From NCBI GenBank assembly GCA_030614245.1, contig JAUWKK010000001.1:1-33837 (forward strand): 33,837 nt of DNA, read 5' to 3'. The number at the start of each line of letters is the position of its first letter. The first letter of the stretch is position 1. This document shows, one piece after another, positions 8,011 to 15,311 of the stretch. Under the pieces are notes generated by a model. The model was given only the letters and a program-made list of their open reading frames with translations. It was not told the DNA's origin and did not search any database. Both the position numbers and the translations under genes were made by a program. The DNA is from Planctomycetota bacterium. Its GTDB lineage: Bacteria > Planctomycetota > PUPC01 > JABMSA01 > JAUWKK01.

Positions 8011-8367
8011 TCAGTTCACAGCGGCTTTGGCCAATGTGCAGATTTCGTCGAATGCCCTCGGGTCGTTCACTGCCATTTCGGCCAGCATCTTGCGGTCGAT
8101 CTTAACATCGGCCTTGTTCATTCCGTTAATGAGTTCGCTGTAGCGGAGACCGCGCGTTCCGCAGGCGGCGTTGATGCGGACAATCCAAAGTCTTCGGAAC
8201 TGTCGTTTGCGCGCGCGACGGTCGCGATATGCGTAGCTTTCGGCCCGCAGGGCTGCCTCGACAGCGGTGCGATAGAGCCGATGGCGGCCGCCGACGTAGC
8301 CTTTGACGCGCTTCATCAGGCGTCTCTTCGCTCGCCTGCGTGCGGGAACACTTCTGGCTCTCGGCAC
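8011..8367 (-). CDS. rplT: 50S ribosomal protein L20
   Basis: 118 aa, MPRARSVPARRRAKRRLMKRVKGYVGG. GTG start with AAGGAG 7 nt upstream. Confidence 0.97.
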   Translation of the reverse strand: MPRARSVPARRRAKRRLMKRVKGYVGGRHRLYRTAVEAALRAESYAYRDRRARKRQFRRLWIVRINAACGTRGLRYSELINGMNKADVKIDRKMLAEMAVNDPRAFDEICTLAKAAVN

Positions 8368-8483
8368 TGTAATCTCCTTCGGTGGTGTGCCTGCCGTTCC
8401 AGAAAGTTGAGAGGTGAGAAGAGCGTTCTTCTCCTTCTACTGCTCTACTTTCAACTCTCTCCTCACTCAGGCGGGCAGGCGGG
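8368..8483 (-). promoter_or_regulatory. Structured 116-nt rpmI-rplT spacer (long imperfect hairpin, polypurine/polypyrimidine arms)
   Basis: In mRNA sense, the outer helix GCCTGCC/GGCAGGC encloses GAAAGT/ACTTTC. That in turn encloses GAGAAGA-ACGC-TCTTCTC. The 5' arm is almost pure purine and the 3' arm is pyrimidine. Confidence 0.3.
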
Positions 8484-8687
8484 TCAGTTGGGCTTATAGG
8501 CGAGGCAGCGGCTGATGTCTCTCGTTTCTGCTTTTGAGACGGCGGCGTCGCGGCGGAGTTGGCGCACTTTCTTGCCGCGCTTGTGCGCCATCAGGTGGCT
8601 CTTGCCGGCATGGCGGCGGACGACCTTGCCATTCTTGGTCAATCTCACTCGCGCCCTCAATCCTTTATGTGTCTTAAGTTTAGGCAT
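8484..8687 (-). CDS. rpmI: 50S ribosomal protein L35
   Basis: 67 aa, MPKLKTHKGLRARVRLTKNGKV. The ATG at 8687 is preceded by GAGGAA. The ORF-track start at 8732 is an upstream extension. Confidence 0.95.
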   Translation of the reverse strand: MPKLKTHKGLRARVRLTKNGKVVRRHAGKSHLMAHKRGKKVRQLRRDAAVSKAETRDISRCLAYKPN

Positions 8688-8771
8688 TGTCAATTTCCTC
8701 TGTGCCCATTCAGGGCACGTAAACAATTCCATCTCACGGCGTGAGAGACCGGATGCATCCGGCCCCGCCCG

Positions 8772-9278
8772 CTATTTCGGGATAAGAATGACCAGCATCT
8801 TCCGGCCTTCCATCTTCGGCATCTGCTCGACCTTTGCCACGTCTTGGAGTTCGCTGACGAACCTCTCTATCATCTCGCGGCCAAGTTGGGTATGCACCAT
8901 CTCGCGCCCCTTGAACGTCACGGTAACCTGCACACGATGGCCCTCGACAAGGAACTCTCTTGCGTGGTTGACGCGGTACCCGACGTCGTGCGTGCTGGTC
9001 TTCGGGTGGAGGCGTATCTCCTTGATTTGGCTCCCTCGATGCTGCCTGCCCTGGTGCTGGCGTTTTTTCTGGCGATACTTGTGCTTGCCGTAGTCGAGAA
9101 TCTTGCAGACGGTCGGCTCGGAATCCCCGGCCACCTCGACAAGGTCCAAACCGGCTTCTTTCGCCATTCGAAGGCCCTCTTCGATAGGCACCACCCCCAC
9201 CTGTTGCCCGTCTTGTGCAATCAGGCGGATGATGTCTACCTTGATCTGGTCATTTATTCTCAATCTTCTTTGAGGCAT
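8772..9278 (-). CDS. infC: Translation initiation factor IF-3
   Basis: LRINDQIKVDIIRLIAQDGQQVGVV and AKEAGLDLVEV are canonical IF-3 blocks. The start is uncertain. I prefer the ATG at 9278 (GAGGAG immediately upstream) over the TTG at 9293 in the ORF track. Confidence 0.93.
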   Translation of the reverse strand: MPQRRLRINDQIKVDIIRLIAQDGQQVGVVPIEEGLRMAKEAGLDLVEVAGDSEPTVCKILDYGKHKYRQKKRQHQGRQHRGSQIKEIRLHPKTSTHDVGYRVNHAREFLVEGHRVQVTVTFKGREMVHTQLGREMIERFVSELQDVAKVEQMPKMEGRKMLVILIPK

Positions 9279-9355
9279 CCACTCCTCTGTCAACAGGGGT
9301 ATTCAAACGAGCCCGAAGCTGCACTCAAGCATGAGTGCCCCGGCCCGAGCAGTCT

Positions 9356-9379
9356 CGAAAAGGCGGCTACGCCCCGCCT
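9356..9379 (-). terminator. Weak terminator/attenuator-like hairpin after thrS
   Basis: The mRNA sense reads AGGCGGGGC-GTA-GCCGCCT followed by TTTCG. It is a GC stem with one bulge and only a short U tract. Confidence 0.3.
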
Positions 9380-9384
9380 GCTGC

Positions 9385-11280
9385 TCATCCTTTATTATCG
9401 ACCTCTTCCGACAGCTTTGCAATAGTCTCTTCCAGGGATAACGACCCCAGCGGTCCTTTTTTCTTGCTTCGCAGCGAAGCAGTGCCGTCGTTTACTTCGC
9501 GGTCGCCGATGATCAGCATGTACGGGACCTTCTCGATTGTGGCTTGTCGGACCTTCGCTCCGGTCTTCTCCTGCCGGTCGTCGAGGCCGGCTCTCAGCCC
9601 GGCAGCCTTTAGCCTGTCGACTATCCGCCGGGATGCTTCGAGATGCGCGTCGGCGATTGGCAGCACGCGGACCTGCTCGGGGGCCAGCCACAGCGGGAAG
9701 TCGCCGGCATAGTGCTCGATCAGTATCCCGAGGAACCGCTCGATGGACCCCAGGATCGCCCGGTGGATGACGACGGGCCGATGTTCGGCTCCGTCGGCCC
9801 CAATATACGTAAGATCGAAGCGCTCGGCGAACATCACGAGGTCTAGCTGCACGGTGGCGCATTGCCAGCTTCGGCCGCTGGCGTCGCGGATGTGGAAGTC
9901 GATCTTCGGCCCGTAGAAAGCTCCATCGCCTTCGTTGATCGTGTATTCGAGGCCCCGGCCGTCGAGCGCCTCGCGCAGCGCATCTGTGGCCTGGTCCCAC
10001 AGTTCGTCGGGGCCCATGGCATCTTCCGGCTTGGTGGAAAGCTCGAGGGTGTAATCCATCCCGAAAGTCGTGTAGGCGTAATCGGCCAGGTCGATGAGGC
10101 GGTTGACCTCGTCGGTGATCTGCTCGGGGAGCAGAATGATATGCGCGTCATCCTGGGTGATATGCCTGACGCGCATCAGGCCATGCTTGACACCTGTCTT
10201 CTCGCGGCGGTGCACGATGCCGAGTTCTGCGTATCGGATGGGCAGTTCGCGATAGCTGTGCATGCGCGTCTTATAGATAAGCGCGTGGGCGGGACAGTTC
10301 ATCGGCTTTACGGCCATCTCGACATCGTCGGACATCGTGAAGTACATGTGCTCGCGGTAGTGATCGAGATGCCCCGAGCGCTCCCATAGCTCCCGCTTGA
10401 GTATCAGCGGCGTGCGGACTTCGAGGTAATCGTAGTCCTTGAGCACATTCTGCCACCATTCGGTCAAAGCATTGAATAATATGGCTCCCTTTGGATGCCA
10501 GAATGCGGCCGCGGGGGCTTCATCGTGCATGCTGAACAGGTCTAGCTGCTTTCCAAGCTTGCGGTGGTCTCTGCGTTCGGCTTCTTCGCGGAGCCTGCGG
10601 TATTCCTTGAGTGCGGCCCTGTCGGCGAAGGCGACGCCCCAGATGCTGGACAGCATCGGATTAGCTTCGCTGCCGAGCCAATAATGCCCGGCGATGTTGG
10701 TGAGCATGAACGCGCCGAGCGCACCGGTGCCGGGAACGTGCGGGCCGCGGCAGAGGTCTTCAAAGTCGCCGTTGCGATAGAAGCTGATCGCTTCGCCTTC
10801 AGGCAGTTTCTCGAGCAGCTCGACCTTGTAAGTCTGCCCGGCCTCGCGCATCTTTTCGAGAGCTTCGTCTCTGGTGAGTTCGAAACGTTCGAAGGGTATA
10901 TCCTCCTTGATGATGCGCTTCATTTCGGCTTCGATTTCCGGCAGGCCGTCGGGCTTGATGGCCGTGTCGAATTCATAATAGAATCCGTCTTCGACGGCCG
11001 GCCCGATGCCGAGCTTGACGTCCTCGTGCATGCGGCATACTGCCTGTGCCATCACGTGCGCCGTACTGTGCCGGAGCACACTGAGGCCCTCGGGGCTGTC
11101 GGCGGCGATCAGGTGTACTTCGCCTTCGGCGGGGGCCGGGGCGCTCAGATCGACCATATTGCCGTCGATCTTCGCCGCGACGACCCTGCCTTTGCCCTTG
11201 CGCGGTGCGGGTACGTTCGTCAGCGGACTTCCTGCTTCCACTTCTACTGTTGAGCCGTCCGGCAGGATTACCCTTACCAC
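9385..11280 (-). CDS. thrS: Threonine--tRNA ligase
   Basis: N-terminal TGS domain (VRVILPDGSTVEV), class II core and a C-terminal anticodon-binding domain. The maximal ORF starts with TTG at 11304 and has no SD. I prefer the GTG at 11280, which lies 6 nt after CAGGTG. Confidence 0.95.
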   Translation of the reverse strand: MVRVILPDGSTVEVEAGSPLTNVPAPRKGKGRVVAAKIDGNMVDLSAPAPAEGEVHLIAADSPEGLSVLRHSTAHVMAQAVCRMHEDVKLGIGPAVEDGFYYEFDTAIKPDGLPEIEAEMKRIIKEDIPFERFELTRDEALEKMREAGQTYKVELLEKLPEGEAISFYRNGDFEDLCRGPHVPGTGALGAFMLTNIAGHYWLGSEANPMLSSIWGVAFADRAALKEYRRLREEAERRDHRKLGKQLDLFSMHDEAPAAAFWHPKGAILFNALTEWWQNVLKDYDYLEVRTPLILKRELWERSGHLDHYREHMYFTMSDDVEMAVKPMNCPAHALIYKTRMHSYRELPIRYAELGIVHRREKTGVKHGLMRVRHITQDDAHIILLPEQITDEVNRLIDLADYAYTTFGMDYTLELSTKPEDAMGPDELWDQATDALREALDGRGLEYTINEGDGAFYGPKIDFHIRDASGRSWQCATVQLDLVMFAERFDLTYIGADGAEHRPVVIHRAILGSIERFLGILIEHYAGDFPLWLAPEQVRVLPIADAHLEASRRIVDRLKAAGLRAGLDDRQEKTGAKVRQATIEKVPYMLIIGDREVNDGTASLRSKKKGPLGSLSLEETIAKLSEEVDNKG

Positions 11281-11320
11281 GATAGACACCTGCGCATTAT
11301 TCAAGATGAGCCGCAGCGGG

Positions 11321-11397
11321 TGGTGGGCGATACAGGATTCGAACCTGTGACCTCATGCGTGTCGAGCATGCGCTCTAGCCGGCTGAGCTAATCGCCC
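11321..11397 (-). tRNA. tRNA-Val (anticodon GAC), genomically encoded CCA, unusual C at position 33
   Basis: The reverse complement folds as a cloverleaf: GGGCGAT-TA-GCTC-AGCCGGCTA-GAGC-G-CATGC-TCGACAC-GCATG-AGGTC-ACAGG-TTCGAAT-CCTGT-ATCGCCC-A-CCA. All four stems are Watson-Crick paired. G18, G19 and TTCGAAT are present. Confidence 0.9.
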
Positions 11398-11485
11398 ATC
11401 GACTGCGGCCCGTCATCCAGCCGATTGGGTCAAGTTGTCACGTCTGCGGCCGGCCTGTTGCCAGAGACCGGCAGTCCAGCATAAT

Positions 11486-11514
11486 ACTATAGCGCCATTT
11501 CGCGGCTGCTTCAA
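11486..11514 (-). promoter_or_regulatory. Putative sigma-70-type promoter for tRNA-Val/thrS
   Basis: On the minus strand, TTGAAG (11514-11509), a 17-nt spacer, then TATAGT (11491-11486). The -35 hexamer overlaps the rplQ stop codon. Confidence 0.4.
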
Positions 11515-12077
11515 GGCTCTTCGTCGGCGTCCTCTTCCGGTTCTTCGGGGACTGCATCGTCGGGAGCATCACGAGCGGGTGCTTCTTCGGCCTGAAGGGC
11601 TTCTTGTTCGGCGGGCTCCGGCTCTTCGCTTGCCTGTGGCTCGGGTGCCTTGGGTGCAGCCGGTGCGGATGTCTTTTCCTTGACCCGCATCTCGGCCTCG
11701 ACGAGCTCGAAGAGCACCTGCGGGGCGTTGTCGCCGAGACGATGCGTATGCCAATGCAGGATTCTGGTGTAGCCTCCGGGACGGTCCACGTAGCGAGGAC
11801 CGATCACCTCGAAGACCTTTCTGACGGCGTCCCTGTCGGCGAGAATCTTCATTGCTCTCCGTCGTGCTGCAAAATCTCCTCGCTTGCCCAGGGTGATGAC
11901 TCTTTCAGCCAGCCTTCGAGCTTCTCTCGCCTTGGCGGGCGTGGTGATGATCCGTTCCATGTGGCCGGCTTCGTCATTGGGGTTGGCCAGGAAAAGGTTG
12001 CGGACGAGTGACCTTACCAGGGCGCGTCGTGGCCCTGTTTTCCGGCCCAGCTTTCGGCCGCTCTTTCTATGACGCAT
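11511..12077 (-). CDS. rplQ: 50S ribosomal protein L17 with about 60-aa acidic low-complexity C-terminal tail
   Basis: MRHRKSGRKLGRKTGPRRAL and GGYTRI are L17 hallmarks. The tail is rich in P, E and A (APEPQASEEPEPAEQEALQAEE...EEDADEEP). Confidence 0.95.
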   Translation of the reverse strand: MRHRKSGRKLGRKTGPRRALVRSLVRNLFLANPNDEAGHMERIITTPAKAREARRLAERVITLGKRGDFAARRRAMKILADRDAVRKVFEVIGPRYVDRPGGYTRILHWHTHRLGDNAPQVLFELVEAEMRVKEKTSAPAAPKAPEPQASEEPEPAEQEALQAEEAPARDAPDDAVPEEPEEDADEEP

Positions 12078-12079
12078 TG

Positions 12080-13111
12080 CTACGTTCCTTCCGAGGTCGT
12101 TTTTTCAATCAGCATTCCAACACCGAGTCCGAGGGCTTCGAGACTGGCCTTGATATCATGGAATGATGTCTTGCCGAGATTACGCAATGAGAGCAATTCG
12201 ACTTCTGACATGCGAACCAGTTCACCAGCGGTCTTGATGCCTTGTGTTTCGAGGCAATTTGAAGCTCTGACGGTGAGGCCCAGTTGATCGATTGGTGTGT
12301 TGAGTTTTTCATCGAGACCTTCGGGCTTGGCGGTATCTTCCCGGACATCGGCGACGGGTTCCGGTGTCGGTGCGGGCAATTCAGGTGCCTCGCGGCCGAG
12401 GTCCTGGTATTGGACGAAGGGATCGAGATGCCGTCTGAGGATTTTTGCGGCCTCGACGATGGCTTCTTCAGGTGTGATCGAGCAATCTGTCCACACCTGT
12501 AGTATCAAGCGGTCGAAGTTTGTCATCTGGCCCACGCGGGTATCTTCAGCGGCGTAGCTGACGCGCGTAACGGGCGAGAACATCGAGTCGACGGCGATAA
12601 GCCCGATCGGTTCGCGCTCGTTCTCGCCGGCCATGACATATCCCCTGCCGCGCTTGCATTCCATCGTCAACTCGACGGGCGTGTCATCGGCCGTGACGGT
12701 GAACAGCAGCAGATCTTTGTTCAGGATGGTCACGTCGGGGTCCGTCTGGATCATTCCGGCGGTCACCTCGCCCGGTTCGGTGACGCTGAGCGAGATGGTC
12801 TTGACGACCCCCTGCTCGCAGTCCATACGCAGGCGGATCTGCTTGACGTTGAGGATGATATCGGTGACATCTTCCACAACGCCGGGGATGGTTGTGTATT
12901 GATGGGGCACGCCTTCGATTCGGACGGTGGTGATGGCAGCGCCTTCGAGCGAGGAAAGCAGCACTCGCCTGAAACTGTTGCCGATTGTCGTTGCGAATCC
13001 ACGCTCGAACGGTTCGGCGGTGAATTTCCCATACTGCTGCGTCAGAGTCTCGCGCTCGGGCACCAGCCGCGTGGGCATCTCGAAGCTTTTCCACCTCTTT
13101 CGCTGAGGCAT
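12080..13111 (-). CDS. rpoA: DNA-directed RNA polymerase subunit alpha
   Basis: 343 aa. N-terminal domain (FERGFATTIGNSFRRVLLSS) and C-terminal domain (LTVRASNCLETQGIKTAGELV). Confidence 0.97.
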   Translation of the reverse strand: MPQRKRWKSFEMPTRLVPERETLTQQYGKFTAEPFERGFATTIGNSFRRVLLSSLEGAAITTVRIEGVPHQYTTIPGVVEDVTDIILNVKQIRLRMDCEQGVVKTISLSVTEPGEVTAGMIQTDPDVTILNKDLLLFTVTADDTPVELTMECKRGRGYVMAGENEREPIGLIAVDSMFSPVTRVSYAAEDTRVGQMTNFDRLILQVWTDCSITPEEAIVEAAKILRRHLDPFVQYQDLGREAPELPAPTPEPVADVREDTAKPEGLDEKLNTPIDQLGLTVRASNCLETQGIKTAGELVRMSEVELLSLRNLGKTSFHDIKASLEALGLGVGMLIEKTTSEGT

Positions 13112-13131
13112 TCTTTAGTCCTCCCGACTAT

Positions 13132-13151
13132 CCTGCCCGCCCGCCGGCGGG
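13132..13151. repeat. GC-rich palindromic hairpin motif (CCTGCCCGC..GGCGGG family), copy in the rpsD-rpoA spacer
   Basis: CCTGCCCGCCCGCCGGCGGG contains the perfect 12-nt palindrome CCCGCCGGCGGG. Confidence 0.4.
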
Positions 13152-13184
13152 TCGGACGTCTGCGCGGCCTGAAGGCCGGGTATA

Positions 13185-13811
13185 CTATTTGGAACAGAAC
13201 TCTACAATCAACTGCTCTCGCACGGACACGGAGACGTCGTCGCGTGTCGGCAGTGTGGCGACGTTGATCTCCAGTTTGTCCGGTTCAATTTCTATCCAGG
13301 CCGGGCGTTCGCGGCCCTTGGTGGCTTCCAGGCTTTCGCTGACGGTCTTGCGAATTTTCTCTCGCTCGCTGAGAGTGATCTTGTCGTGCAGCTTCAGGCC
13401 GTAGGAAGCGACATCCACTCTGTGGTCATTGACGCGGACGTGCCCGTGATTGACGAGTTGTCGAGCCGCGGCTCTCGAGGGGGCCATTCCGGCCAGGAAG
13501 ACTACGTTGTCAAGGCGCCGTTCGAGGGCCGTGAGCAGGTTTTCGCCCGTATTGCCTCTGGTGCGCTCGGCCTTGCGGAAGTAGTTGCGAAACTGCTTCT
13601 CGAAGATGCCGTATGCGCGCTTGACTTTCTGTTTTTCTCGAAGCTGTATGCCGAATTCCGAGAACTTACCCCGGCGCCACGAGTGGGCTCCGGGCGGGTA
13701 ATCCCGGCGGCTCAGCGCGCACCTCGCCGTATCGCAACGGGTGCCCTTCAGGAAGAGCTTCATACCCTCGCGGCGGCAGAGCTTACACTTGGGTCCGGTG
13801 TATCGAGCCAA
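13185..13811 (-). CDS. rpsD: 30S ribosomal protein S4
   Basis: MARYTGPKCKLCRREGMKLFLKG. TTG start with AAGGAGG 5 nt upstream. Confidence 0.97.
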   Translation of the reverse strand: MARYTGPKCKLCRREGMKLFLKGTRCDTARCALSRRDYPPGAHSWRRGKFSEFGIQLREKQKVKRAYGIFEKQFRNYFRKAERTRGNTGENLLTALERRLDNVVFLAGMAPSRAAARQLVNHGHVRVNDHRVDVASYGLKLHDKITLSEREKIRKTVSESLEATKGRERPAWIEIEPDKLEINVATLPTRDDVSVSVREQLIVEFCSK

Positions 13812-13914
13812 TGTTTCCTCCTTGGACGGATATGTTGAAGAGGCTTCAGTCCTCAGGCTTCAGGAGAAAAGATGCAGGCGGCATGCCTGAAGTCCGTAGC
13901 CTGTAGCCTGTTAA

Positions 13915-14304
13915 TCAGACGCGCCGCCTCTTGCGCGGGCGGCAGCCGTTGTGCGGCAGCGGGGTTACGTCATCGATACCCTTTATCTCCAATCCGGCGG
14001 CCTGAAGCGACCTTATGGCGGATTCGCGGCCTGAACCGGGGCCTTTCACTTGGACCTGTACTTGCCTCATTCCCATCTTGACGGCCTTTTGTGCGACGGC
14101 TTCGGCGGCTCGTTGTGCGGCGAAAGGTGTGCTCTTGCGCGAGCCCTTCATGCCGATCGTGCCGGCGCTGGCCCAACACATGACGTCGCCGTTGTTATCG
14201 GTGATGGTGATGATGGTATTATTGAAAGTGGCTTTGATGTGGGCTACGCCATGGCTGACGTGCTGCCTGACGCTGCGTCGGCTTTCTCTCTTGCCTTTCG
14301 CCAT
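13915..14304 (-). CDS. rpsK: 30S ribosomal protein S11
   Basis: 129 aa; [18 protein letters not shown] and [16 protein letters not shown]. Confidence 0.97.
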   Translation of the reverse strand: MAKGKRESRRSVRQHVSHGVAHIKATFNNTIITITDNNGDVMCWASAGTIGMKGSRKSTPFAAQRAAEAVAQKAVKMGMRQVQVQVKGPGSGRESAIRSLQAAGLEIKGIDDVTPLPHNGCRPRKRRRV

Positions 14305-14361
14305 TTGATGCGGGTCTCCTGTATACTGTTACAATAGCCGGTAGCGTGCTTCAGCCTGGGG

Positions 14362-14745
14362 TCAGCCTTTGCCCGGTGCGGTTTTCTTGCCGGCGACGGT
14401 ACGTTTTCGGCCTTTTTTTGTTCGGGCATTCGTGCGCGTTCGCTGCCCGCGGCAGGGCAAGCCCCGGCGGTGGCGCAGGCCTCGATAGCAGCCGATCTCG
14501 CGCAGGCGCGATATGTTCTGTGCAACCTGTCGGCGCAGTTCGCCTTCGACTCTGACGTTTGCGTCGATCACCGATGCGAGACGGCTCAGTTCGTCTTCGG
14601 TCAGGTCGCGCCCGCGTGTGGACGGTTCGATTCCCGTCTCTTTGCAGATGCGTGCTGCCGTGGTGTGGCCTACTCCGTGGATATAAGTGAGCCCGATAAC
14701 TATGCGCTTGTTGTTCGGTACGTCTACGCCGATTAATCTGGGCAT
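14362..14745 (-). CDS. rpsM: 30S ribosomal protein S13
   Basis: 127 aa; [26 protein letters not shown]. Confidence 0.97.
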   Translation of the reverse strand: MPRLIGVDVPNNKRIVIGLTYIHGVGHTTAARICKETGIEPSTRGRDLTEDELSRLASVIDANVRVEGELRRQVAQNISRLREIGCYRGLRHRRGLPCRGQRTRTNARTKKGRKRTVAGKKTAPGKG

Positions 14746-14795
14746 CTCGACATCACCTCGCTACGTTTGGCCCGCGTTGGGCGCATTGTCTCCTG

Positions 14796-14909
14796 TCAGC
14801 CCTGACGCTGTTTGTGCCGGGGATTCGTACAGATCACTCTCAAGACGCCTTTGCGCCGTACGAGCTTGCAGTTCTCGCAGACGCGCCTGACAGATGCTCT
14901 CACTTTCAT
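14796..14909 (-). CDS. rpmJ: 50S ribosomal protein L36 (zinc-binding type)
   Basis: Not in the ORF track because it is under 60 aa. The reverse-strand translation is [37 protein letters not shown] (37 aa). GAGGA lies 7 nt upstream. Confidence 0.93.
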   Translation of the reverse strand: MKVRASVRRVCENCKLVRRKGVLRVICTNPRHKQRQG

Positions 14910-14929
14910 CGCTCATCCTCGCTGTGTGG

Positions 14930-15154
14930 CTATGGGACACGGTACACGATGCGGCCTTTGGTCAGGTCATAAGGTGACATCTCAACCGTAACCTTGTCGC
15001 CCGGTAGTATCCGGATGAAGTGCATCCGCATCTTCCCAGAGACGTGGGCGGTAATCAGGTGTCCGTTCTCCAGTTCGACGCGAAAGACGGCGTTCGGCAG
15101 TGCAGCCTTCACAACCGCTTCGACTCGAATGGGTTCCGCCTTGGCCACAACCAT
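14930..15154 (-). CDS. infA: Translation initiation factor IF-1
   Basis: 74 aa; [38 protein letters not shown]. Confidence 0.97.
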   Translation of the reverse strand: MVVAKAEPIRVEAVVKAALPNAVFRVELENGHLITAHVSGKMRMHFIRILPGDKVTVEMSPYDLTKGRIVYRVP

Positions 15155-15166
15155 GTGCTCCTGCTG

Positions 15167-15285
15167 GTCATGCGGAGCTCTTCGCGAAGCATCTTTCGCC
15201 AGTTGAAGCTGCCATAGGCAGCCAGGCGCCTGCCCGCCGGAGGCGGGCCTGGGGCCAAAGATTCTTCGCTTCGCTCAGAATGACA
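15167..15285 (-). mobile_element. MITE/REP-like element with terminal inverted repeats, copy 2 (opposite orientation to copy 1)
   Basis: The reverse complement reads TGTCATTCTGAGCGAAGCGAAGAATCTTT...AAAGATGCTTCGCGAAGAGCTCCGCATGAC. The core differs from copy 1 and holds two nested hairpins (GCCCGCC-TCC-GGCGGGC and GCTGCC-TAT-GGCAGC). Confidence 0.6.
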
Positions 15286-15311
15286 TGATCTGGGATTCCT
15301 GTCTCGGTCGC

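Noticed and set aside
9464-9481. Perfect palindrome TGCTTCGCAGCGAAGCA resembling the GCGAAGC core of the MITE-like element
   Set aside because: It lies in frame inside the conserved thrS C-terminal domain and lacks the TGTCATKCTGAGC termini. It is most likely a chance match.
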